A DNA stretch of 64,000 bases from Longimicrobiales bacterium (GTDB taxonomy: Bacteria > Gemmatimonadota > Gemmatimonadetes > Longimicrobiales > Gaopeijiaceae), in the NCBI GenBank assembly GCA_965203485.1, contig OZ241892.1, forward strand, positions 1,696,001 through 1,760,000, given 5' to 3'. The position numbers were made by a program, and so were the translations under genes. The notes beneath the pieces are model-generated. The model saw only the letters and a program-made list of their open reading frames with translations. It had not been told where the DNA came from and did not search any database. Shown piece after piece: positions 29,486 through 38,886 of this stretch (within the stretch, counting starts at the first letter, position 1; each line of letters opens with the position of its first letter).

Positions 29486-30675
29486 CGCGCCAATCGCCCC
29501 ACCGGCACGAAGCGCTCGTTGCGTATCTCGGTAAGGAACACCCTGTCCGAGCCCTGGTTGTCCCCTTCCGCGTACTCCACGACGAAGCCGCCCAAGTCGA
29601 TCGGCCCGGCCGTGTTCAGCGCCTCCAGGAATCCTTCCCGGGTCGGATTCGCCCCGGCTCGTTCGAGGCCCTCGACCGCGAGCCGGCCGGCCAAGTAGCC
29701 CTCCAGCGAGACGAAGCCCGGCGACGCGGCCCGGTCGACTGCGCGCAGGGCGGCGTGATACCGCCGAACCACGGGCACGCTCGCGTCGCGCGGGAACGGC
29801 ACCACCTGCGTCACGATCACGCCGTTTCCCTCGCCGCCGAGCGCGTTCAGCAACGCGTTGCTCCCCACGAACGAGATGTTCACGAAGACCGGCACGAAGC
29901 CGATGCGGCGCGACCACTTCACGAACTCGGCCACGGGCTGGTACGCGCCGATGATGATCACCGCATCCGGATCTCCGTCGCGCAGGCCCAGCAACGCGCG
30001 CTTCACGGCCCGCGTGTTGCGCATGTAGGACTCCTTGCCGACCAGCTCCATTCCGCGCGCGGCCAGCGCCAGCTCCACCCCGGTCAGGCCTGCGGCGCCG
30101 TAGCTGTCGGCCTGGTAGAGGACCGCGATGTCGCGAAAGCCCAAGTCGCGGGTCAGCCGCTCCACCATCTCGGCGGTTTCCTGGTAGTACGACGCCCGCA
30201 GATTGACCACATAGGGGCGTTCTTCCGACCGCAGGAACTCGGCGCCCGTGAAGGGGCCGATGTACGGCACCGACTCGGAGCTGGCGACCGGTTCGGCGGA
30301 AGAGGACGTCGGCGTGCCCACGGCGCCGATCAGCGCGAACACCCCCATTTCTATCAGCGCGCGCGTGTTCGTCGCGGCGGCCTCGGGCTCGTACCCGTCG
30401 TCGCGCGCGACCAGGCGAAGCTGCCGGCCGTGCACGCCCCCGGAGCGGTTCGCCTCTTCGAAGGCGGCGCGGATGCCCAACCGCATGTTCAGGCCCAGTT
30501 GCGCGGCGAGGCCCGTGAAGGCCGCCGACTGGCCGAACACGATCGAGTCCGGGTAGACGCCGGCGCTCTCGGGTTGGGCGCGGGCGGGCGCCGCGGCCAC
30601 CAGACAACCCAGCACTGCCAGTCCGCACCGGAACGCACCGGCCGCAGGCCGGCGTCCCCTCGCCGCGCTCCGCAC
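29482..30675 (-). CDS. Periplasmic binding protein, LivJ/branched-chain amino acid type
   Basis: Signal peptide ending APARA, GQSAAFTG, NRSGGVHGRQL, DDGYEP, GAVGTPT, NLRASY. Confidence 0.88.
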   Translation of the reverse strand: MRSAARGRRPAAGAFRCGLAVLGCLVAAAPARAQPESAGVYPDSIVFGQSAAFTGLAAQLGLNMRLGIRAAFEEANRSGGVHGRQLRLVARDDGYEPEAAATNTRALIEMGVFALIGAVGTPTSSSAEPVASSESVPYIGPFTGAEFLRSEERPYVVNLRASYYQETAEMVERLTRDLGFRDIAVLYQADSYGAAGLTGVELALAARGMELVGKESYMRNTRAVKRALLGLRDGDPDAVIIIGAYQPVAEFVKWSRRIGFVPVFVNISFVGSNALLNALGGEGNGVIVTQVVPFPRDASVPVVRRYHAALRAVDRAASPGFVSLEGYLAGRLAVEGLERAGANPTREGFLEALNTAGPIDLGGFVVEYAEGDNQGSDRVFLTEIRNERFVPVGRLAR

Positions 30676-30677
30676 CT

Positions 30678-31832
30678 CTATGTCTTCCCCAGGTAGCGCA
30701 ACGCCATGCAGGTGATGTCGTCCGACTGGGGCGCGTCCCCAGCGTGCTCCTGCACGGCCTGCACCACGTGGCGGCTCACGTCGGCGGCCTTCGACCCCGA
30801 GCACTCCGCAAGCACCTCGGCCAGCTCCCCCTCGCCGAATTCATCGCCGCCCGCGTTCATCGCTTCGGTGACCCCGTCGGTGTACAAGAAGAAGACGTCG
30901 CCCGGCTCCAGCTGCACGCTGCCGCCCGGAAACTCGAACTCGGGCATGACGCCCAGCACCAGGCCCGCATCGCTGCTGATCTGCTCGACCTCGCCCGACG
31001 CCTTGACAACGAACGGCAGGTTGTGGCCTCCGTTCGCGAAGTCCAGGCGTCCGCTCTCGGGGTCCAGGCTGGCGTAGAACAACGTGACGAACATCGACTC
31101 CTCGTTCGACTCCGACAGCAGGTCGTTGACCTCGGCCAAGCACCTCGCGGGATCGCTCTGGCCTATCGCGGTCCCCTTCATCAGCGTGCGGCTGACCATC
31201 ATGAAGAGCGCGGCGGGGACGCCCTTGCCCGACACGTCGGCCACGACCATGCCCAGGCGTTCGTTCTCCAGCTTGAAGAAGTCGTAGAAGTCGCCGCCGA
31301 CCTCGCGGGCGGGCGTCATCCACGCGTGGAGCTCGTAGCGCGGATCCGAGGGGAAGTCGGTGGGCAGGATCGACTCCTGCATCTTGGCCGCCACCCCCAG
31401 CTCCTGGCGCAGGGCAACCAGCTCGTCGCGCGACTCAAGCGCTTCGCGCATCACTTTGAGGTGCGCCAGCGTCTTGGTGATCGTCGTCTCGAGGTCCTCG
31501 AAGTCGATCGGCTTGGTGACGAAGTCGAACGCGCCGCGGTTCATCGCCGTGCGGATGTTCTTCATGTCGCCGTACGCGGTCACGATGACGGCGCGCAGGT
31601 CGACGCGCAGCTGGTTCAGCTGCTGCAACAGCGTGAGGCCGTCCATCTCGGGCATGTTGATGTCCGAGAGGACCATGTCGATGTTCTTGTGGGCCTCCAG
31701 CTGCTTGAGCGCCTCGACGCCGTTCTGCGCGAAGACGAGCTCGATGGCGCCGGAGCGGATTCGACGCCTGAACTTCTGCCGAAGAAGGAGCTCGAGATCG
31801 GGCTCGTCGTCGACGACAAGGATCTTCGGCAT
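30678..31832 (-). CDS. Response regulator fused to a SpoIIE/PP2C phosphatase (RsbU-like)
   Basis: REC: VVDDE, SDINMP, TAYG, KP; PP2C: EVGGDFYDF, VADVSGKG, YTDGVTEA, DDIT. Confidence 0.92.
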   Translation of the reverse strand: MPKILVVDDEPDLELLLRQKFRRRIRSGAIELVFAQNGVEALKQLEAHKNIDMVLSDINMPEMDGLTLLQQLNQLRVDLRAVIVTAYGDMKNIRTAMNRGAFDFVTKPIDFEDLETTITKTLAHLKVMREALESRDELVALRQELGVAAKMQESILPTDFPSDPRYELHAWMTPAREVGGDFYDFFKLENERLGMVVADVSGKGVPAALFMMVSRTLMKGTAIGQSDPARCLAEVNDLLSESNEESMFVTLFYASLDPESGRLDFANGGHNLPFVVKASGEVEQISSDAGLVLGVMPEFEFPGGSVQLEPGDVFFLYTDGVTEAMNAGGDEFGEGELAEVLAECSGSKAADVSRHVVQAVQEHAGDAPQSDDITCMALRYLGKT

Positions 31833-31968
31833 GTGCGGCCTGTGCTCCCCGTGCGTAGCCGACCCGAACATCTGCCAAGCGGGCCGGAGTTGGCGGGGCG
31901 GCCGCGTCGCGGGCGGACTCGGGAACCGCAACGACGGCGCCCCGGTGGTCGGATGGCGAACGCGGGCA

Positions 31969-31977
31969 AATCTAACA
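31969..31977 (-). promoter_or_regulatory. Putative extended -10 element for the REC-PP2C/PBP/HK operon
   Basis: Minus strand reads TG-T-TAGATT in an otherwise GC-rich spacer. Confidence 0.3.
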
Positions 31978-32039
31978 CGCCTGCTGCCCGGCCGCCGCGG
32001 CCGGGGCGGAGGGTCGCCGGAAACGCGCCGGCGCCACGC

Positions 32040-32068
32040 TGGACAGGCGCCCGGCGAGCACTTATGAT
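32040..32068 (+). promoter_or_regulatory. Putative sigma70-type promoter of glnA
   Basis: TGGACA (32040-45), 17 bp spacer, TATGAT (32063-68); each hexamer matches consensus 5/6. Confidence 0.55.
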
Positions 32069-32160
32069 TCGCGCGCTCGGCCGGCGTGCCGAGTCCCGAT
32101 CGTGCCGCCCCTGCCTGGGTTCGGCGCACCACCGTTCCCCCCGACCCGAAAGACCACCCG

Positions 32161-33570
32161 ATGGCAGATCGAGAAGCCGTTTTCAAGGCCGTCCGCGACG
32201 AGAAGGTCGAGTTCGTCGACCTTCGCTTCACCGACCCGCGCGGGCGGTGGCACCACGTGACCCTGACACCCGAGGTCTTCGACGAAGACGCGTTCGACGA
32301 CGGCGTGATGTTCGACGGTTCGTCCATCAACGGATGGAAGAGCATCGACCAGTCCGACATGGCCCTGTTCCCCGATCCCGCCACGTACGGCATCGATCCG
32401 TTCATGGGCGCGCGCACGCTGTACATCGTCTGCGACGTGCACGAGCCGACCACCGGCGAACGCTATTCCCGTTGCCCGCGCTGCACGGCGAAGGACGCGG
32501 AGGCGTACCTCAAGTACTCGGGCATCGGCGACACGGCCTACTTCGGCCCCGAGCCCGAGTTCTTCCTGTTCGACGACGTCCGCTTCGGCGTGCACGCGAA
32601 CAACACGTTCTTCCACCTCGACGACGGCGAAGGGCCCTACAACACGGGCGCGGCGCTCGCCGAAGGCAACAAGGGGCACCGCCCCCGCACCAAGGGCGGC
32701 TACTTTCCGTTGCCTCCCGTCGACTCGGCGCAGGACGTGCGGGGCGACATGCTGACCGCGTTGCGCGCCGCCGGCGTCGGCGTCGAGAAGCATCATCACG
32801 AAGTGGCGGCCAGCCAGCACGAACTCGGCATTCGCTTCGAGCCGCTCACCGTGATGGGCGACAAGTTGCAGGTCTACCGGTACGTCGTCCTGAACGTGGC
32901 CGCCCGCCACGGCAAGACCGCGACGTTCATGCCGAAGCCCGTCGTGGGAGACAACGGCTCGGGCATGCACACCAACCAGTCCCTCTGGAAGGACGGCGAG
33001 GGCATCTTCTCGGGGGCGGGGTACGCCGACCTCTCGGAAACCGCGCTCCACTACATCGGCGGCATCATGAAGCACGCCCGCGCGATCAACGCCTTCGCCA
33101 ACCCGAGCACCAACAGCTACAAGCGGCTGGTGCCCGGCTTCGAGGCGCCGGTCCTGCTGGCCTACTCCGCGCGCAACCGGTCCGCGTCCTGCCGCATCCC
33201 CCACGTCTCGTCGCCCAAGGCGCGCCGGGTGGAAGTGCGCTTCCCCGACGCCACCGCCAACCCCTACTTGGCGTTCTCGGCCATGCTGATGGCCGGACTG
33301 GACGGCATCGAGAACCGAATCGACCCCGGCCCGCCGATGGACAAGGACCTCTACGCGTTGCCGCCCGAGGAACTCAAGGACATTCCCACCGTCGCGACGT
33401 CGTTGCGCGAGGCGCTGGACGCGCTCGGCGCCGACTCCGAGTTCCTCACCCGGGGCGACGTGTTCACCAAGGACCAGATCGACGCGTACGTCGAACTCAA
33501 GATGGAGGACGTGGTCCGCTTCGAGCAGGCGCCGCACCCGGTGGAGTTCGACATGTACTTCTCTCCTTGA
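32161..33570 (+). CDS. glnA: Glutamine synthetase type I (GSI-beta, adenylylatable)
   Basis: [71 protein letters not shown] (adenylylation Tyr). Confidence 0.96.
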   Translation: MADREAVFKAVRDEKVEFVDLRFTDPRGRWHHVTLTPEVFDEDAFDDGVMFDGSSINGWKSIDQSDMALFPDPATYGIDPFMGARTLYIVCDVHEPTTGERYSRCPRCTAKDAEAYLKYSGIGDTAYFGPEPEFFLFDDVRFGVHANNTFFHLDDGEGPYNTGAALAEGNKGHRPRTKGGYFPLPPVDSAQDVRGDMLTALRAAGVGVEKHHHEVAASQHELGIRFEPLTVMGDKLQVYRYVVLNVAARHGKTATFMPKPVVGDNGSGMHTNQSLWKDGEGIFSGAGYADLSETALHYIGGIMKHARAINAFANPSTNSYKRLVPGFEAPVLLAYSARNRSASCRIPHVSSPKARRVEVRFPDATANPYLAFSAMLMAGLDGIENRIDPGPPMDKDLYALPPEELKDIPTVATSLREALDALGADSEFLTRGDVFTKDQIDAYVELKMEDVVRFEQAPHPVEFDMYFSP

Positions 33571-33670
33571 CGGGGACACGACGCTGACCCGGAGCGTTCT
33601 CGCCGCGGCCGCCGGCGCGCCGGGGTTCGGCGACCTGAGGGGGCACCGAGCGGACAACGCCGCAGCGGGC

Positions 33671-36598
33671 ATGGAGCGTCTGCGGAGCGCGGCCGCGCGC
33701 GTGAAGCGCGTCGCGCTCGCAGACGCGCTGGAGTCGGCGGAGGGCCGGGTCTTCTTCTCGTTTCTCTGCGGCAACAGCCCGTATCTGAGCCGCCTGCTGC
33801 TGCGCGATCTCGAATTCACCGAGACGCTGGTCCTCGAGGCGCCGGACGCCGTCGTTGCCGGCATCAAGCAAGAGCTGGAGGCCGCGGATCCAGCAATGCC
33901 GCGCGACGCGCTGATGACGTTCTTGCGCCGGCAGCGGAGCCGGGTCGCCGTGGTCGCGGCCGCCTACGACTGCTTCGGGGTCGCCGACGTGATGGCGTGC
34001 GCCAAGCTGCTCTCCGAGATGGCCGACCACGCGGTGCGCTTGGCGACGACTCACCTGCTGCGCGACCGCGTGGCCCGGGGCGAGCTGGCGTGCAACGCAG
34101 CGGAGGGCGAGACCGAGCCGGGGGACGCGGGCCGGCTCGGCTACTTCGTGCTGGCGATGGGCAAGCACGGCTCGGGCGAACTCAACTACTCCTCGGACAT
34201 CGACCTCATCGTCCTCTACGACCCCGAAGCGGTGCGCTACACGGGCCCCAAGTCGCTCAAGGACTGCTTCGTGCGGGTGACCCGCGATCTGGCCCGCATC
34301 CTCCAGGCGCGGACGGGCGACGGCTACGTGTTCCGCACCGACCTGCGCCTGCGCCCCGACGCGTCCTCGACGCCGCCCGCCATCACGGTGGACTTCGCGG
34401 CCGACTACTACGAGCGGCTCGGGCGCACGTGGGAGCGGGCCGCGATGATCAAGGCGCGGCCCGTGGCGGGCGACCTCGCCGCGGGCGCCGCGTTCCTGAA
34501 GCGGCTGTCTCCGTTCGTGTGGGAGGAGGGTCTCGACTTCACGTCCGTGGAGGAGATCCGCTCGATGAGCCAGCAGATCCACGACTTCCACGGGCACGGC
34601 GCCGTGCGGGCTGCGGGCCACGACGTCAAGCTGGGCCGCGGCGGCATCCGCGAGATCGAGTTCTTCGTTCACATGCACCAGCTCGCCTACGGCGGACGCA
34701 ACCGGCGGCTGCGGGACCCCGGCATCCTCTCGATGCTACAAGTCCTGGAGGACGAGAACCACGTCCTGCCGCGCGAAGCCGCGGACCTGGGCGAGGCGTA
34801 CGTCCTGCTCCGCCGCGTCGAGCACCGGTTGCAGATGGTCAACGACGACCAGACCCAAAAGCTGCCCGAAAGCAACGACGGCATGGAGCACGTCGCCGCC
34901 TTCATGGGCTTGGACTCGGCGGAAGCGCTTGCGAATCTCGTCGAGAGCTCCGCCACCGGCGCGCACGCCATCTACCGCACTCGCTTCAACGTGCCGGAGA
35001 CCGAGCAGGACATCACGGCGGCCGTGCTGGAGGGACCCGAAGGCAGCGAAGAGGCCGTGGCCAGGCTTCAGGCGGCGGGCTTCGAGCGCGCGCTCACGGC
35101 GAGCGAGACGTTCCGCGGATGGGCGGCCGGCGTGCACGCCTCCACGCGCTCCGAGCGGGCGCGCGCCATCGTGCGCGAGATCCTGCACGAGATCATCGCG
35201 GCGCTGGGCAGGACCCCGGATCCGGATCGCGCGCTGACCCGAATGAACCGGTTCCTGCAGGCGTTGCCCGAGGACGTCTCCTTCTTCTCGATGCTGCGCG
35301 CCAACACGTGGCTGCTGAACTTGATCGCGGTCGTGATGGGCGGCGCACCGCGCATCGCCGACGCCCTGGGCGCCAACCCGAGGCTGCTCCAGGCCGTGCT
35401 CGACCCCGCCTTCTTCCTGACGATGCCCGACAAGGCCGCGCTGGCCGAGGAACTGGCCGAGCGCCTGGAGGGCGTGGACGACCCGGAGGACCGGCTCGCG
35501 CGCACCTCGAGCTGGGCGAGCGACCGCCGCTTCCAAGCCGGCGTGCAGACCCTCCAGAACTTGGTCACCGTGGACGAGGCGTCCGAAGCCCTGACCGACA
35601 TCGCCGACGTGGCCACGTCCACCATCTTCGCCGACGTGCTCTCGGCGCTGGAGCGCGAGCACGGCACGGTGCCCGGCAAGGGGTGCGCCGTGCTGGGCCT
35701 GGGCAAGCTGGGCGCCCGCGAGATGACCTTCGAGTCCGACCTGGACCTGATCTTCTTCGCCGACGTCCCGGACGAGAGTCTGATGTCGTCCGGCCCGCGC
35801 CCCATCGAAGCCAAACGCTACTACGCGCGCGCCGCCCAGCAGGTAATTGCCGCCCTGCAGAGCCGCTCCGCCGCTTCTGGCAAGCTCTACGAGGTCGACA
35901 TGCGGCTTCGTCCGTCCGGCAAGAGCGGACCGCTGGTGACGACGCTGGACGCGTTTCGGATCTACCACGAGGGCCTCGCCGACACGTGGGAGGAGATGTC
36001 GCTGACGCGCTCGAGGATCGTTTGCGGCACGCCGGGCGCCCGCGACGCCGTGGCCGAGCAGATCGAAGCCGTCTTGACGCGCCCACGGGACGCCGCCGAA
36101 CTCCGCCGGGACGTCGCCCGAATGCGCGAGCGCGTGGCCGCGGAGTACCCCTCGGACGATCCGTTCGAGGTGAAGTACGTGCGCGGCGGCTTGGTGGACT
36201 TGGAGTTCGTCGCGCAGTATCTTCAGCTGTTGCACGCCCACGCGCGTCCCGCGGTCCTCGTCGCCGGAACGGCCAAGTGCTTCGAAGCGCTGGAGGAGGC
36301 GGGCGTGTTGCCGCGGCGCGAAGCGGACGTTGCGGGATCGGACGCCACGCAGAACAACGCCGGGGCCGAGGCCGGATTGCTCGCCGAGGCAGTCCGCTTC
36401 CAGCGCGCGGTCCAGGCGCTGTTGCGACTGGCGTGGAGCGAAAGCGCCCCGGTCGGCGCCGCGCCGGAGACGTTGCAGAGGAAGCTGGCCAATGCGCTCG
36501 AACACGATACCTTCGAAGAGCTGGACGCGCGGTTGCGCGACGTGCAGGCGAAGGCGTTCGACAGGTTTCGCGCCCATCTCGGCGCCGGCGCGGCCTAG
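33671..36598 (+). CDS. glnE: Bifunctional glutamine synthetase adenylyltransferase/deadenylylase
   Basis: Two nucleotidyltransferase motifs, MGKHGSGELNYSSDIDL and LGKLGAREMTFESDLDL; DLRLRP, WERAA, KLGRGGIREIEF, RGGLVDLEF. Confidence 0.94.
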   Translation: MERLRSAAARVKRVALADALESAEGRVFFSFLCGNSPYLSRLLLRDLEFTETLVLEAPDAVVAGIKQELEAADPAMPRDALMTFLRRQRSRVAVVAAAYDCFGVADVMACAKLLSEMADHAVRLATTHLLRDRVARGELACNAAEGETEPGDAGRLGYFVLAMGKHGSGELNYSSDIDLIVLYDPEAVRYTGPKSLKDCFVRVTRDLARILQARTGDGYVFRTDLRLRPDASSTPPAITVDFAADYYERLGRTWERAAMIKARPVAGDLAAGAAFLKRLSPFVWEEGLDFTSVEEIRSMSQQIHDFHGHGAVRAAGHDVKLGRGGIREIEFFVHMHQLAYGGRNRRLRDPGILSMLQVLEDENHVLPREAADLGEAYVLLRRVEHRLQMVNDDQTQKLPESNDGMEHVAAFMGLDSAEALANLVESSATGAHAIYRTRFNVPETEQDITAAVLEGPEGSEEAVARLQAAGFERALTASETFRGWAAGVHASTRSERARAIVREILHEIIAALGRTPDPDRALTRMNRFLQALPEDVSFFSMLRANTWLLNLIAVVMGGAPRIADALGANPRLLQAVLDPAFFLTMPDKAALAEELAERLEGVDDPEDRLARTSSWASDRRFQAGVQTLQNLVTVDEASEALTDIADVATSTIFADVLSALEREHGTVPGKGCAVLGLGKLGAREMTFESDLDLIFFADVPDESLMSSGPRPIEAKRYYARAAQQVIAALQSRSAASGKLYEVDMRLRPSGKSGPLVTTLDAFRIYHEGLADTWEEMSLTRSRIVCGTPGARDAVAEQIEAVLTRPRDAAELRRDVARMRERVAAEYPSDDPFEVKYVRGGLVDLEFVAQYLQLLHAHARPAVLVAGTAKCFEALEEAGVLPRREADVAGSDATQNNAGAEAGLLAEAVRFQRAVQALLRLAWSESAPVGAAPETLQRKLANALEHDTFEELDARLRDVQAKAFDRFRAHLGAGAA

Positions 36599-36636
36599 CT
36601 CCGCCCGCAGCGCGCGTCGAGCGGCCCCGGCCTAGG

Positions 36637-37083
36637 ATGGACGCTTCGCTCGAGGTAAGCGTAAAGGCCAGCTCCTCGGAGCCACGGCGGGTGGCGGAGC
36701 TGTTCGAGCGCTTCGGCGAAGAGCACGATGTTCCTCCGCCGGTCCTGATGCGCATGGAACTCGCGCTCGACGAAGTGCTGACCAACGTCGTCAGCTACGC
36801 GTTCCCCGGGGACGCCGGAGACGCCGCCATCACGGTGGCCATGCAGATCCGCGAGGGTCGCGTTACAATATGCGTCGAAGACAACGGACCGCCCTTCGAC
36901 CCGCTCACGGAGGCGCCCGAGCCGGACGTGGACCTGCCGGCCGAGGAACGCGAGATCGGCGGACTCGGCGTGCACCTTGCCAAGACGTTCGTCCAGACAT
37001 TGCGCTACGAGCGCGTGGACGGGCGCAATCGCCTCACCCTAGAACAGCCCCTGGACGGCCAACCGGAGAACCCTACCTCATGA
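36637..37083 (+). CDS. RsbW/SpoIIAB-like anti-sigma factor Ser kinase (HATPase_c_2)
   Basis: LALDEVLTNVVSYA, EDNGPPFDP, REIGGLGVHL. Confidence 0.88.
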   Translation: MDASLEVSVKASSSEPRRVAELFERFGEEHDVPPPVLMRMELALDEVLTNVVSYAFPGDAGDAAITVAMQIREGRVTICVEDNGPPFDPLTEAPEPDVDLPAEEREIGGLGVHLAKTFVQTLRYERVDGRNRLTLEQPLDGQPENPTS

Positions 37084-37415
37084 AAGTCACGACGAGCACC
37101 AGTGGAACCGCGACCGTCGCCGCAGTAGAGGGCCGCGTCGATTCCGCCAACGCCAAGGACCTGGACCAGGAACTCGGCGCCATCATCGATTCGGGCGAAA
37201 GCCGCCTGGTCGTGGACTGCAGCGACCTCAGGTACATCAGCAGCGCCGGGCTCCGCGCGCTCCTCGTGGCAATCAAGCGGACCAACAAGGAAGGCGGCGG
37301 CGTCGCCATGTGCCAAGTGCCCGACCACATCCGCGAGGTCCTCGAGGTGAGCGGCTTCACCCGTCTCACGAAGGTCTTCGGCACGATAGAGGAAGCCGCC
37401 GCCAGCTTCGACTGA
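37080..37415 (+). CDS. RsbV/SpoIIAA-like STAS anti-anti-sigma factor
   Basis: GRVDSANA, DCSDLRYISSAGLRAL (phospho-Ser motif), EVLEVSGF; ATGA overlap. Confidence 0.9.
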   Translation: MKVTTSTSGTATVAAVEGRVDSANAKDLDQELGAIIDSGESRLVVDCSDLRYISSAGLRALLVAIKRTNKEGGGVAMCQVPDHIREVLEVSGFTRLTKVFGTIEEAAASFD

Positions 37416-37425
37416 CCCGGGACCC

Positions 37426-37464
37426 GGGGGCGAGGCGGAATCCCGGAGATCCCCCGTCGCCCCC
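37426..37464. terminator. GC-rich hairpin between the convergent STAS and porin genes
   Basis: GGGGGCGA...TCGCCCCC inverted repeat; no U-tract. Confidence 0.25.
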
Positions 37465-37633
37465 TCGCCGGTGCAATCCCGGCTTTGACGGCGGGGTCCG
37501 CCACCTGCCCGCGCGTGCCTCCCGGTGCGCAAGCAATGCGACAGCCGACGCTCGCCGCGTGGTCTCGGCCGCCTGCGGTGGTCCGGCCGCCTGCAAGAGT
37601 CGGCCGGCCGCAACGCGCCGGGACGGACTAGAA

Positions 37634-38707
37634 CTAGAAGAACATGAACGCCTGGACCTTGAAGGACCACTCCGTCGTGTCTTCGATGGTGCGGTAAAGG
37701 TCCATGTTGGCCGCAATTCCGTTCCATCCGGCCAAGTAGACCATGAAACCGGGAGTGAAGACCATGCCGCTGGCGTCTTCGCCGTCCCCGTCCTCGGTGC
37801 TGGCCCAGCTCACGCGCAACAGGGGCTCGACCGCGTCCACGCGGCTGCCGGCGAGCGGAAGATGCCAAGCGCCCATGGCCTGGAACGCCGTGAAGGCCGC
37901 GTCCTCGGCGACCCTCCAGTTGCGGCCGCGCAACAGGTTCACGAGCAGATGGGGCCCGGCCTGCCGCCATCCGCCGGACTCGAACTCCAGCCCGGTCGCC
38001 GGCAGCCAGCAGGTCTCCCCGTCCTCGCAGTGGGTCTCGTCCATGGCGGCGTACGCGGAGAACCGGCTTTTTTCGCCCAGGAACACGGAGACGCGGCCCG
38101 ACGCCGACTTCTCGTTGTTGACGTCCTTCTTGCCGATGCCCTCTCCGTTGGTCAGCGTCATCCGGTAGCCCAAGCGTCCGCCGTCGGCGCCGCCGAACCG
38201 GCCGGTGGCCAGCAGGCCGGGCTCGTAGGCGTCGAGGCCCAGCGAGCCGGTCATCTGCCCGAACGAGCACACTCCTCCGACGCCCGGGCACTCGTTCACG
38301 CCGGTGACCCGCCCGTCCCGCTCGATCACGGGCAACTGCGAGTTGGCGGCCAGCCAGAAGTACGACATCGCGCGCTTGAACTGGCCGATCTGCACCTGGA
38401 ACGCGCGCGAAGGCGAGAGCTGCAGCCACGCTTCCAACACGTTGGAGCCCTGCGCGTCGAACTGCACGCGGCCGGACACCAAGTCGTTGAGCCGCCCGTC
38501 CATCGTCACCCAGGCCCGCCGGATGAAGAACGACGACGCCACGTCGTCGCGGCCGGTTTGCTCGTACTGCACCTGGACCCTGCCGCCGAGCGTGACGGTG
38601 GAGCCGTTGCGCGCGGAGATGTCCTGCGCCTCCAGCGAACCGGCGAACCCGGCGGCAACCGCCGCTCCCAGTCCAAAGGCGAGCCTGCCAAGCCGGCTCG
38701 ATGTCAT
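37634..38707 (-). CDS. Outer membrane porin (OprO/OprP-like)
   Basis: Signal peptide, LGGRVQVQY, FFIRRA, GQFK, amphipathic strands, C-terminal Phe (VQAFMFF). Confidence 0.72.
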   Translation of the reverse strand: MTSSRLGRLAFGLGAAVAAGFAGSLEAQDISARNGSTVTLGGRVQVQYEQTGRDDVASSFFIRRAWVTMDGRLNDLVSGRVQFDAQGSNVLEAWLQLSPSRAFQVQIGQFKRAMSYFWLAANSQLPVIERDGRVTGVNECPGVGGVCSFGQMTGSLGLDAYEPGLLATGRFGGADGGRLGYRMTLTNGEGIGKKDVNNEKSASGRVSVFLGEKSRFSAYAAMDETHCEDGETCWLPATGLEFESGGWRQAGPHLLVNLLRGRNWRVAEDAAFTAFQAMGAWHLPLAGSRVDAVEPLLRVSWASTEDGDGEDASGMVFTPGFMVYLAGWNGIAANMDLYRTIEDTTEWSFKVQAFMFF

Positions 38708-38791
38708 GTGAGTGCTCCGTTGTTGCGAGAAGCGGTGTCGGCGCGACCCCGCCGGTTCCGGCGCGCTGCGGGGCGCGACGAGACGCCCGTC

Positions 38792-38819
38792 TTGCGACGG
38801 CCCGAGAGATCACTACCTT
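38792..38819 (+). promoter_or_regulatory. Possible sigma70-type promoter of amtB
   Basis: TTGCGA, 16 bp spacer, TACCTT. Confidence 0.25.
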
Positions 38820-38886
38820 GTCTCCCGGCATCCGTCACGTGGCGGCAAGGCTCACCTTCACAGCGGGACGCGGGGAGACCATCGGA

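Noticed and set aside
32086..32125. GCCGCCCCTGCCTGGG in the glnA leader, resembling the 3' part of a ZTP riboswitch
   Set aside because: The conserved 5' half is absent and the gene context does not fit
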